From NCBI GenBank assembly GCA_946965045.2, contig OX337230.1, positions 682,001-746,000 of the forward strand: DNA of 64,000 nt, given 5' to 3'. The DNA comes from Epithemia pelagica (Eukaryota; Protista; Bacillariophyta). The translations under genes were made by a program, and so were the position numbers. Positions 22,616 to 34,432 of the stretch are shown here, piece by piece (position 1 is the stretch's first letter; every line of letters begins with the position of its first letter). The notes under the pieces are model-generated. The model ran no database searches and was not told the DNA's origin. It worked only from the letters and a program-made list of their open reading frames with translations.

Positions 22616-24682
22616 ATGATATCGATTGATGGCCTTGTGAGTAAGATATTTCTTTCTCTGATGGTGGTCTGTTCGAAAGCAGTCGCCTTTTCGAAGATGG
22701 TTCCCTGCCAGTCAGCCAGAACCTTGGGACGATCCTCAATGCCAGTCCGTTCGTCTAGAAGAGGTCGTATTACTGGCACCATAAGTTCCAAGAGGCTACC
22801 AAGATCATTGAATTCTTTTCATTCCTTGACGAGTCATTGGCAGGAGGGGCTTCTTTTTCAAAATCGAAGGCACCAACGAGCACCCTTACAATGGGTAACT
22901 GGGATGCAGTCGCGCTCGAACCAGAAGTTTCTCTCGTTTTCACCACGGAAATCGACAGTCCTCGCGTCTCAACACGATCCGAGTCACGAAAATTCGCCTT
23001 CCCCTCGCTCGATCGCCGTAATTGGTGGAGGCTTGGCAGGTCTGGCAACCGCTCATGGTCTCATTGAAAAGGCAATAACCACAAACACTTCATTAACCCT
23101 GACGATTCTCGATACCACGGAGAAACCAGGTATGGGAGGAGCTTCTGCTGTTGCTGGAGGGTAAGTTGAAAGCAAAGTCCCTTGTTATCGAGTTGAGTTG
23201 ACTTTGTCAAGGATTATTCTACATATATTTGCTACTCCTCATGGAGACTCCAGTGGGGTCTCATGACGACACACTTTTTATCACCAAGATCTCTGAGACG
23301 ACGACAGTGCTTGTCTGCTGTACCAACGCAAGAGTATCAGATCCCGAATACTAACTTTGTTCGTTGGCTGCTGCCATGTTTTGTGAAGGTTGATCCATCC
23401 ATTGTCGCCACGAGGCAAGTTGGTTCATTTGGGTGTGGAGGGACTAGAAGCCTCGAATCGACTGATTGATCTGGCCTGTAAATCATTGGGCAACAGTCCT
23501 TCGCGGGGCCTGGTCTGGGGTGAATTGCGCTCAAGCGAAATCGTCTTGTGTGATTCCATTGTACGTTTGGCCACTACAGAGGAACAGGAACGTCAATTGA
23601 AGCAAACAGCAATCGATTTACCGCAATTTGGCATATGGCTAGATGCAGAAGAGGCGCAAAAGCTTATTCTCTCTTCAGATGAACATAAGAACCATCACTC
23701 GTTGCCGTTGGAAGATGGCGAGAACGACTCGTTCACGGATGCGACTTGTGTTCGTGGGGCACTCCGCTTATCCCATGGATGTCGCGTCATTCATGTACCA
23801 TCGTATCTTCAAGGGCTTTGGATGTCTTGCCAACACTTGGCGAAAGATTCAAAGAAAGGTGATAGTGAGACCGTCATTGAAATCAATGTGGAATGGCAAC
23901 AAATAGCAGAGCATGCTGATCCATCTACTTATGTGAGTATGGAACATACCTCCTACGATACGGTCGTCATGTGTGCGGGTGCCGGTATCTTTACACACTA
24001 TCTTGGATCGCAAACTCAAGCTAGGCGAGGTGAACCACACGAGGCTTCATTAGGTGCACCAGCACACGATTTCCCCGTTCATCTTGTAAGAGGTCAATCG
24101 ATTGAATTTGTGTCCAAGCAAGAGTACTCGACACACATCAGCGAACCATTGCCCATGTCCCATGCGTTGCTTTGTGGGAAATACATTTCGCCCTTGCCTC
24201 CAATCGCTAGCAGCAATGATCATGACACTCTTCTTCATCGAGTTTTGGTAGGCGCAACCCATGAATTCCAATCGGATCCATCGTCGAATGATGACGTCGC
24301 CGACTTTTTGCGCAAGGCTACCAAGTTTATGGCACCCGCTCTCTGGCCTAATGATATCAGCAATGAAAGGAAAGACAGTGACGAATCAGCCGAATATAGA
24401 ATCGATCGGATCACGTCCGGATACCGAGTACAGAGCCAACGTGGAAGGCACGGCCGCTTGCCATTAATCGGAAGGCTTTCGAGAATGCCACCGTCCCTTC
24501 GATCTTCACTGCAGCTTAACCCACGGCAACCAGAACCAGAAACCTGGATCTACTCTGGTCTCAGCAGTCGAGGATTACTCTATCATGCTTTGTTTGCAGA
24601 ATGGTTGGTAGACGGTCTTTGGAAGAATGACGAAAGCGTGCTTATGGACGAGCATCCCGAACTTAGTTGGTGGAAGACGTGA
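22616..24682 (+). CDS. FAD-dependent oxidoreductase (DAO/glycine-oxidase-like fold); 2 exons, intron 23161-23388
   Basis: IAVIGGGLAG dinucleotide-binding motif, GASAVAGG|LIHP join in frame across GT...AG, VRGQ, GATHE, GLSSRGLLY. Start codon uncertain. Confidence 0.85.
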
Positions 24683-25230
24683 ACAGATTCAAACCGGATA
24701 CCTTTTCGAAGGGGAGACCTAAAGCACTATTGAAGTCGTATGCGATTTTTTCAATTGAGTTTTGAATGATCGCTTCTTTCATTCCCAGTCCTTAGTTTTC
24801 TCAGTCTCTGAAGGGTTCTCTTAGTAGGAGTTCCATTTAATGGGATGATGGCAGCTGTGTCCCCTTTTTCATATTCTCTTAGGGGCACTGGATGGTCAAC
24901 AGCAGTCGTGAATCGGATCATTGCCATGAGTAAGCTCTCAGCTAAATCTTACTATTCACTGCGATAGTCTCTTTTCGCCCATCCGTGATGACCCCATTGT
25001 AGCTATGCGCCCCTTCCACGCATTTCATAATCGCCATAGTTTGTGCGCCGTTCGTTGTGCGACTGAATGTGGATCCAGTCAACCCCGACTCTTTCTTCCA
25101 CGTGGTGCAAAATCCTGTCAACGTATGAGATCGCCACCATTTCATTGTTGATGTTGTCGTTATCCATTGTTTGGTTGAGATCATTTGTATCCACATTAAT
25201 CGTTGCCGTTGAATCAACAAAGCTTCAATC

Positions 25231-26405
25231 ATGATGTTTCGTTTGCTAACCCTTATCTCATTCGCCGTGGCCTCGTCGTACGCCACGCGTTCCACAAGTG
25301 GTGCTTTTGGCATTACTTCAGCCACAAGATCCAGCCTGTTTGCCATTCGAGGTGGTGGTCTATTTGGTGGTGGCAAGAAAAACGACAAAGAGTGCGTTGC
25401 TTTTTTGTGCTGACCTGAGACTGATTGTTTCATGATGGTGGTACTGATCTAGTGTGTTCCTTGTTACGTTGTTTCATCAGAGACGGAAATGCTGATGGTA
25501 GTCCGAATAAGTATCCAGCCATGACAAGGGAAGATATCGAGGAATGGCTCGAACACATTCCCGTGTTTGCAGTGACTGATTCAAATGGGGCGGGAGTTGT
25601 TCTACGACCCGAAAATGATACGAGCGTGTTCTATTTTTTTCTTAATCCTTTGCAGGCAAATGCCACGCTCACTCAACTCAAGTCGGTCAATGAAGATATG
25701 GATCTCAAGGTATCGGCATTTTCCCTCGGAAAGATTTGGTTCAGTCTCCTGCAACAGTCAGATACCGACGCAGCTAAAGAAGTCACTTTCAAACAACCAG
25801 GAGAAGATGATTCAGCGGCTGTAACAGAGTCGTCAAAGAACGTCGAATACAGATTGGTGCCTGACACACGTGATCTGCTAGGTGCCCGTATGCTTTTGAC
25901 CATGACACCTGAAGATGGTGAAAAACTGAAGGAAAGTGGAGGAATGACACCTGAAATGGCACAAGCAGCTATTAAAAAGGCCATGGAAGAGAGTCCTAAG
26001 TTCAAGCAAACGTACAATGAGATTCCAGTCTTCACCATTGCCCAAATGCGAATGCAGAAGCAGCCTGCGGAAGGTGCCAGTCCTTCTGAAGAACCGGAAA
26101 CACTCCTTCCTATGTACTTTTCCATGCAAAACATGGTTGGCACATGGCAGGAATTCATGAAACAAGCCCCATCTGATATTCAGAACGTCGAACCCGCCAT
26201 TAATCTCATGTCATTGCATGACTTGATTGATATGATGCAAAAGGAATCAGAAATCGACTGGCGCCACGTCGTCTTGGTACCCATGGCACCCAGTAGCACT
26301 GGTGGTAACAGTGCTGGAAATGCCATTGCCGGAATGGGGGAGGCAGCTGCTGCAGGAAGTGATCCAATGGCCAAAATGGGTGGAGCAACACTGGGTGATA
26401 TCTAG
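25231..26405 (+). CDS. Tic22-like plastid import protein; 2 exons, intron 25392-25480
   Basis: N-terminal signal peptide; LEHIPVFAVTDSNGAGVVL and IPVFTI / LPMYFS motifs resemble the Tic22 family; splice keeps frame. Confidence 0.75.
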
Positions 26406-26795
26406 GGAATAAGGCGTTGTAATGATGCCCTAGGTGAAAAGTGAATAGACCTTTGATGAATGATTTGCATGTGACCTTAACTTGTTGTGAGATGTCATCC
26501 TTGATGAATTTGTATAAAGGTTAGATTTTGAGATGAGACCAGCACAACTACAAGTAGTTTCGGCTATCAAGAATGTAGTCTAACGTGTACTAGCAAAGAA
26601 AAAAGCGAAGATGTTAACAGCTATGAGTAATTTCTGGAGGGTTATGCCTATATAGGCGTTGTTCGTATGAAATCCACCATAATAGTGGTCGACCACCCTG
26701 AGAAAAACTGTCATAGTTTCATTCAGCAAATGCAATGAAAAAATGAAGTTGAATGTAAATATCAAAACCGCATAATGCCGGCCATGCGAAATCCC

Positions 26796-27433
26796 TTAAG
26801 AGCGCTTTCGTGCCAGGACTTGACCCTTAACCATGTCTCCTGAGAGCTCCTTGTAGGTATCAATCCACGCTTCCTTGGTGTCGTCGGTAAACTCATCACC
26901 TAAGGTTGCCGCAAGCGCAATAAGGAGAGATTCACCCATCATTGGGAACATGTCGGCCTTTACACCATACCGAATGTGTTTTGCCCCCAATTCCAACATG
27001 ATATCTGTGAGCAACTGTTTTAAGCAAAACGGGATGTGAGAGGCATTTGTACCATATGGTTGCAAGTCGTATCCTCGGTACGTACTTCGATATCTGGACC
27101 CAACATGTTCAACGCAGTGTCCAACATTTCAACCAAATAGGCTTCGTGCATGCCGAATCGCTTGCTGGCCAAAAGTTCGGGCGAATCAGTGTCCACATCG
27201 ATCGGGAAACCAAAGAGGACTTTTGTCTGCGGGCTCTTCTTGAACAAGCTATTTCAAAAGAGAGAAGACCACAATGATCAGAAACATATTTGATACTTGA
27301 TCCGGTTCACGGTTCCAACTTACTGCTGAAAAAGGATGATTCCAACTTTCGTTTCAAAGTCCTTGGTTCTGCGGACCTTCTCCCAACTGTCGAGGACAAG
27401 TGAAATGGTTGTGTAGTTCAGTTCTCGGACCAT
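26796..27433 (-). CDS. Single-domain globin; 3 exons (27433-27324, 27248-27086, 27014-26796)
   Basis: VLDSWEKV, LFKKSPQTKVLFGF, distal MH, proximal LGAKHIRYGV, AW..Y. Both GT-AG introns restore frame; an in-frame start at 27562 is possible. Confidence 0.9.
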
Positions 27434-30101
27434 GATTCGGATTGAAAAGTTGCTTCGGTTTGTGGCTTTGGCAGGGGAGTTCGAATTTTGGTCTGTTGGA
27501 TACCAAAATTGTGTCTTGATCATTTCCTCGATCTTTATCGTCGTGTCCCTGTTGTTTTCCATCTGTCAAGAAAACGAAAGGGCGTTTTCGCTGTCAAGAA
27601 AATTCATAGATTTCCCGACCAAAGTATTTGAAGAAGAGCAGACGAAGAAGAGTCCAAATCCGAAGCTTCAATCGGTTGCTATGGGCCTAATGCCAACCGG
27701 TAATGGGCGTCTGCTCACTGCTCAATCCTTTTTTGTGATTATGATTGAGGATGTCTTTCAGGTCTCAGATTATTTAAGACACTGGGTTTTCCGAAACTAA
27801 TGAACTTGGTAGGGATGATACAAGACGAATTGGGCAGCTGGTTGTGATTCGTAGCCCAAAGTGTCCTTGGACACTGGACATGGACACTGGTCAACACAGA
27901 GTACTATTTTTGTGATACTGGTACTCGGTGTGAGACTTAGGAGATAGGAGTAGTGTACTCGAAATCATACGAGTATAATCATACTCTCGTACCTTGTACT
28001 CGTCATTCCACATTCCAAAAGGAGAGACAAAAACTAGCGAATTGTCCCAACCAAGTTTTATTATGCCATGGAGCGATGATTCTTCAGCAGAAAATGTCCA
28101 TCAAAATCCACTTAACAGCTTTGAGTACCCTACCAAATACCACATCAATCAGGAGTACTCGTACGAGTACGAGTACTCGTGGAGTCGGACAGCACGAGTA
28201 TAGAGAGTATACTAGCCTTTGTACTTTGTAGCCTTGTCCAATTCCTAACTCGCTCAACTGGACTACCTAGACTAGGTAGAGGCTAAATACTCCTGATCGA
28301 TACATGATATGTTCACTGTTCACTGCTCTTGATTATCAATGTGGTCGACCATTGATCGAAGAGAATAGCGCGCGGGTGTTAAAGCGTGCTCTAGTGGATC
28401 TCAAAATTCAAAATTAGACAAAGAAAGGAACTCAGAAATCGTCCTGGATTTTTCTGGGTATCGTCAGAATGACGAAGGGCAAACTACAATTCCTTGGACT
28501 AGGTAGTTCCTGTTCTTGAAGACTGGAAAGAGCGAAGCAACGAAGCAATCCATCCAGAATCCAGACACAGATTGGCAACCGGCAACCGACAGCTGACAGT
28601 TGGAAAGAAGTCGCATGTGTGTTTGGGCTCTTCGTAGGACATTCAAGCACAGAAGAACAGTCTTTTCGCTTGGACTTGGAACTCTTGGACATGTAAATTC
28701 TTAATTACGAATACAAAAATGTCTCAAACAAGACATGCAACGAGGACGTACCATTACCAGAGGTACATTCCTGCATACAGAACAGTGTGTCATTTGGAAG
28801 TGAAACGGGATAGATGTAAGGGATCTGTCGAGTTAATGTGTATCGGTAGTAGCAAACTGTTTCCAGCAATGTGTAATGTTCTTTATGGTTTCCCTATCAG
28901 ACAAGTCTAGTTGACGTCTTAAAGCGAACGAGATCAAATGAAATGAGTGAAACTTCTGTCTTGAATCAATTCGAGTAAAACATGGTTAAAATGGCTGCGG
29001 TTATTGCTGACCATCTTTGACATCATCTTTTCTCGAACCAAAGCAGCCGTGATAATGGCTCTATGTATAATGTAGATTCGTTGCCCTTACCGGTGGCCCA
29101 AGCCCAAGCCGTGAGACGACTTTACGCTGGGTGACAAGAACCACAAGACATGAAGAAAAGAAATCAACAAATAATTACTCTTCGACAAGAAATGTTTTAT
29201 GCGGCGGTAAATCGAGAATCAAGGATCAACCGTCGCGTAACTCTGATTGAGTCCTTGGGTTCTTTCCTTTTGTGTCTTCGTTTTTCGTTGTTCACCATCA
29301 CCCAATTTGTGAGACCAACGGGTCACTCGTGATGTTGGTGCCTTGTCAATGGTAGGAGCCTTCCCTACCAGAACCAGAACCACAATTTTTCGCGCGACCG
29401 TAATGCGTTGATCTGGCGTCGTACAGACTGATCGAAGTCAAAGGAATTTTGAAAGTGATGACACCATACACGTCAACCGAAACGTGAATGACGCTCGTAC
29501 AACAAAATTGACATCAATGTCTTTCGGACTAAGACTAAAATGTCTTCTGAGCTCGCAGGAACTTTTCTGGAAGCCCGTATTTTAATACCCGTATCGTGCT
29601 TCTACCCTCGACATCTTCTTCAGACAAAATGCCGCGAAATTCCGATTTGCGGGTAGTAATTTTCTGATCTGCAGTTTTATTGCAGGCCGAGCCTTCAGAA
29701 GCCGTCACGAACGACTTGTACTCGTGTTCCGATTGACATTTTGTCGCTTCGAATGATTGATGACTTTTTTCCTTTGATCAAACCACATCGCCACATCTTC
29801 GGTCTTCGGGCTTGACACCACCACCTGTTGGCACTGGTGTCCCGCGTCCCGCAGTACAATAAAATCAAATCAATCCGGAAAGAAGAAAAGAGGTGTCAAT
29901 GCCCTCTCATGAAAAAACTGCAATCACGCACTTGTTGTTCGCCTCTCGTCTGATCCGAGGCCATCACTTGAGAGGCACGAACGAACTCATTGGTTTGTTG
30001 TCGAGAACTGTTTTCATGTCATAATTCTCTTTTGGAGTCATAAAGCAAGCAAACGACCCATTTTCTCCCCAGTTTAGAAGCAAAACACAAGTCATCTCAG
30101 C

Positions 30102-30649
30102 ATGTATCGTATTGGCGCAGCTTATCGCTATTTCTTCGCATGGTCGCTTTTGGCGTTGGCCTCAAACAATCTGAACATTGCGAACGCATTCCGAATCACG
30201 ACGACGAGACCGTCCGTTGGGCGGCAGATCGATACTAAATTGATGGCATGGTCCATTCCAACTCCAAATATGTCACCCTTGACTTCGCTAACAAGTGGTT
30301 GGTACCAAGAATGCCACCCAACAGCTCGAAAAACCGTCTACAATGAGTAAGTTTGTCTACCATGGATGGGCCACTCCGGAAAGTTTATTATTTTGGAGTT
30401 TCTGACATTTCTTGTTTCTGTCGTTTCTTGTTTAGTTTCATTACGGATTATACGTACGTTGACACACCCTACGATGATTTCTGGGCTCCCACCGAGGACC
30501 GAATTGTTTCTCTTTTGGAATCATCATCAGCCCTTGACGGTGCATCGGAACTTGCCCCACAAAAGTCGCGGCGCAACCCTCTTCGTCGAGCTGCGCGATG
30601 GGCCAGACGACAATTTGTTCGAGGCAACGACGACAGCAATCAAATCTAA
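30102..30649 (+). CDS. Small hypothetical protein, probably plastid-targeted; intron 30347-30435
   Basis: Signal peptide ending ANA-F (ASAFAP-like); GTAAG...TTTAG intron joins YND|FITDY in frame. Confidence 0.65.
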
Positions 30650-31341
30650 ACTTTGCTTGTCTCAGAATATTGTGTATGCATGTACGAAACTTACGAGGAC
30701 ACGACAAACTCTTACAGTCAAGGCGCATTGAGCGACTCCCGCAATGCGCCTTTTATACAGCTATGATGGGAGGAAAGTTTTTGAATTGTGAACAGAGATC
30801 TGTATCGCTATCGAATCTGTGTGAATGTTTATTCGTCAAAAACCCAAGTCAGACTGAAATCGCAATAGTGTAACTGAAGTAGAATGATTATTTTTAGTAT
30901 ACGCCATGCATGGCGATGAAGATTGTGATTTCGTCATTTCGTCTCCTTTTGAAATGCACACCGTTTTTTCTAGATGCTGTATCGTCCATTACAAGGTTTT
31001 CAGACGTGATGCTGACTGACAGCCCTAAATTGGTGGTCGACGGATTGCGATCGACATGGTTGTGCGAGGAGTACCTCTTTTTTTGTGCGACTATTGACAA
31101 CGTTGAGATGAGCGAGTAACGCAACGGATAGATGTCAAGGGGAAATTTTGGGGAGTTCCTAGGACCATGCCAAAAATTGGTTTCTAGCCGTTGCCATGAC
31201 ACAGATCAATCGGACAATGACATGCCAGAACCGTATCAAGGTTCTGATATCTATCATCGTGAAGGCAATCGAATCACCACACCATCGCAACTTGTCCTCT
31301 ATAATTTTTCTGAGACTTTGGGTGAGCGTCATGGTCTTAGT

Positions 31342-32202
31342 TTACATCACGACACACTTATCCGATTTGTCGTTCGCACCTCGTTGTGGGTGGTAGTTAG
31401 GTTGCTTCTCTCGATCGACAAATTCAATCCATCGAAACATCTCATGATGGCCTCCGTATTGACCATGAGACACATACTCTTCTTTGTGGGAGATAAAGAC
31501 TTCGACGCCTTTGGCTTCAAATTTGGGAACATGAGCGTTGGCAATTTCGTTGACTTTGTTAGTGTCCCATGTTTGCCACGATCCCGTACCCGCAGCAATG
31601 ATATCATCAATGAGGGCGTTATATTCTTCCATCAAGTCTTTTTCTTTCATCATCTCTTCAACATAGACAGGCATTTTCTCCTTTAACTTCTTACGAGCTT
31701 TACCGCAGCGGCTTAGCTTTTCGACAGCAACACCATTAGGGAACTCTAACGTTGTATAGACCGTCTTAATCACCTGACCACTCAAATTAGCGACGTCGAA
31801 TTGAGGAACATAGTTGTCTACATCCTCGACTGGAATAAACTCAAGCCAGCGAAACGTTCCGCTTCCAGACGACCGCTTACATAGACAAACCTTCATACCA
31901 TGCTGAGCAAACTCATCGGCAAACTTTTCCAAAACAATCACAATCTCTCCATCTCTCCATTGACCGAAAACAGAGCGTGTTTTCTCGCTGACAATGGATT
32001 GCACCAGGCGGTCGTACACCTCCGTCACCCCATTTTTGGCCAACACATCTTGAAGTTGCTGAGGACATTCCTTGACCAACTTTTTCTTCCCTCCATCCAA
32101 CTCTTCCACACCAACTCCGGGAGGGACAACATGATTGCCCTTGGCTACTGTAGTTCCTTCTTCTTCAGCCATTTTGTGATAGCTTTGATTCGCCTTGGAC
32201 AT
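31342..32202 (-). CDS. Hypothetical protein, 286 aa, internal tandem duplication, C-terminal CaaX (CVVM)
   Basis: Two ~100-aa halves ending RWLEFI...NYVPQ and RWIEFV...NYHPQ; stop after CVVM. Confidence 0.8.
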   Translation of the reverse strand: MSKANQSYHKMAEEEGTTVAKGNHVVPPGVGVEELDGGKKKLVKECPQQLQDVLAKNGVTEVYDRLVQSIVSEKTRSVFGQWRDGEIVIVLEKFADEFAQHGMKVCLCKRSSGSGTFRWLEFIPVEDVDNYVPQFDVANLSGQVIKTVYTTLEFPNGVAVEKLSRCGKARKKLKEKMPVYVEEMMKEKDLMEEYNALIDDIIAAGTGSWQTWDTNKVNEIANAHVPKFEAKGVEVFISHKEEYVSHGQYGGHHEMFRWIEFVDREKQPNYHPQRGANDKSDKCVVM

Positions 32203-32265
32203 CTTTCAACAACGAACAACTCTACGCGATGACGGCGTAGGTAGGTTGCCAATTGCGGGAATAGC

Positions 32266-32308
32266 GAAATGACAGACTTTCATGACAGACTTTCGGATAA
32301 ACTTTCAA
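32266..32308. repeat. 43-bp motif built of ~13-bp units; inverted copy at 33161-33196 + 42921-42927, split by the YR element
   Basis: GAAATGACAGACTTTCATGACAGACTTTCGGATAAACTTTCAA is the exact reverse complement of the reconstructed empty site. Confidence 0.85.
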
Positions 32309-32552
32309 AATGTTGACTGTTATACGGACAGACTATCCGGCTGCACTCAATGTCACTGTTGCTCTTCCACATGCACTCTTCATTTAAATAAAATGTCATT
32401 TTACTACAGCCCTTCTTGTCTCGTCAGTGCCACATCAAATTCATGACGACCGAACCCAGTGCACGAGACTGTGCCCGTCAATGACAACAAGAAGCAACAA
32501 CGACATGCGGCGACTGCAGCAACGACATGCGACAAGACAGCAAGCGTCGACA

Positions 32553-32620
32553 ACGACAGCGACAACAACAACATGCGGCTACAACAACGACAGCGACAAC
32601 AACAACATGCGGCTACAACC
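32553..32620. repeat. Tandem 34-bp repeat (x2) in a CAA-rich low-complexity tract
   Basis: ACGACAGCGACAACAACAACATGCGGCTACAAC starts at 32553 and again at 32587. Confidence 0.8.
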
Positions 32621-33196
32621 ACAAGAACAACATACTCAACAATCAACTCCTCGTTTCTGCCCAACGGCAAAACACTCGGCGACGACGGCATGGCAACAGC
32701 ACCATTCGGCTGCTTCCGATAACACAGTTCGAGTGGAAGAAAGAGTGGACGCCGTAAACGAGAGCACCTTATTGAATCTTGACACTCTTACTGGATGGTG
32801 AAACAACAATAAACAAAAACAAAGACAAATGGATCGATGCAGGCAAAAGACAGGATGGTGAACGAGGATGGATGGACGAAACGATTGCCTACGAGTATGA
32901 CACATACAAGTATGTACAAAGCTAACTAGTACATGCTCTCACTCAATTAGTCATGTTCATACAAGTAGAGGAGGCGGGTTGATTGCTGTTGTGTTAGAGC
33001 CTCCTCGCCATGGTGTGTGTGAGGATAGTTTGCATATCTTGAGATTGAGCATCTCATTGATCGGTCGGTCCATGTGAGGGATGAGGGGCAATTCATCTTA
33101 GTTTTTTACTTCGGGAAAATGTATAGAGTGAATCTCGTTGGGCCGAAATTCCCTCTAAAGTTGAAAGTTTATCCGAAAGTCTGTCATGAAAGTCTG

Positions 33197-34368
33197 GTAT
33201 CTCCTCTTACCGAAGATATTCACCAGCTCACTTTGCGTTCCTACTTGTTCGGCTCCGGTCACAGACACAAAGAAAGACATGGGTTTGTGTTTGCACGTAC
33301 AGTACTTTACCTACAATTAAGGAATAGGGGAACTCCAACCCAAAGGAGTCGGGGCATATCCGTGTGTGAGATAGTGCCCCTGAAATCGACGCATGCTTTA
33401 TGACTGTCACAAGATAAGCATACTCTCATTGACCGTAGACCCTTTCATCCAAAACTGCTACTGGCCCCCAATAGAAATTGGGTTGGCACGCGGGGCGAAC
33501 CACCGCTGTGAACCATTCATCGAATCCCTCACATGCCACTGTGAGTTCTCCTTTGAAGCTTTCGACAGTAATGGACTTCCAGTATCCAACAGCCAACTCG
33601 TGAACGACGAATGAACACAGTGTCGTGTTGGTTCATCCTTATCCAGGGAGGGAGGGTGGGAAAAAACTAAAACTCAGATCAACGCAACAACCAGACAATG
33701 CTTAACCTGCAGGGAAAAGCACTTCTCGATTCGATCAACCTGAAGACAGTGTGACCTTGATGATTACTTTTCTCCATCGAACTATGACCACGGAATGACT
33801 CTTCGTGCGTACTTGGATTCGATTCAATCGACAATCATCTTCTTCTTGTAGGTAAGCGTCAGTATACCTCGTGACTGACTTCGTCCGTCGTCGCCACCAG
33901 ATTAGCTTGGGCACATGACGGTATCTCCTCTTACCAAAGATATTCACCAGCTCACTTTGCGTTCCTACTTGTTCGGCTCCGGTCACAGACACAAAGAAAG
34001 ACATGGGTTTGTGTTTGCACGTACAGTACTTTACGTACAATTAAGGAATAGGGGAACTCCAACCCAAAGGAGTCGGGGCATATCCGTGTGTGAGATAGTG
34101 CCCCTGAAATCGACGCATGCTTTATGACTGTCACAAGATAAGCATACTCTCATTGACCGTAGACCCTTTCATCCAAAACTGCTACTGGCCCCCAATAGAA
34201 ATTGGGTTGGCACGCGGGGCGAACCACCGCTGTGAACCATTCATCGAATCCCTCACATGCCACTGTGAGTTCTCCTTTGAAGCTTTCGACAGTAATGGAC
34301 TTCCAGTATCCAACAGCCAACTCGTGAACGACGAATGAACACAGTGTCGTGTTGGTTCATCCTTATCC
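33197..34368 (-). repeat. 3' split-direct-repeat block Y1-X2-(17-nt spacer)-Y2
   Basis: 448-bp Y repeated at 33197 and 33921; 259-bp X at 33662; unique spacer 33645-33661. Confidence 0.95.
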
Positions 34369-34432
34369 CCCCACCTTGTCACCTTTCTTGTATCTCCACG
34401 GACGACGGTCTGTCAACTCGTCATCTGTATCA

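Noticed and set aside
24942-25433. Minus-strand ORFs upstream of and overlapping the Tic22-like gene
   Set aside because: No recognisable domain; partly antisense to a better-supported gene.
22616-27433. Globin + FAD oxidoreductase as a split flavohaemoglobin system
   Set aside because: The oxidoreductase is DAO-like, not FNR-like; proximity alone is not evidence in a eukaryote.
27840-28260. GAGTAC/GTACTC-rich short palindromes in the intergenic region
   Set aside because: Irregular simple repeats with no array structure or spacer regularity.
32266-32620. CRISPR-like array or a gene in the repeat-rich tract (ORFs 32404-32905)
   Set aside because: Repeats are contiguous without unique spacers; the 34-bp period breaks frame; ORFs are low-complexity shadows.
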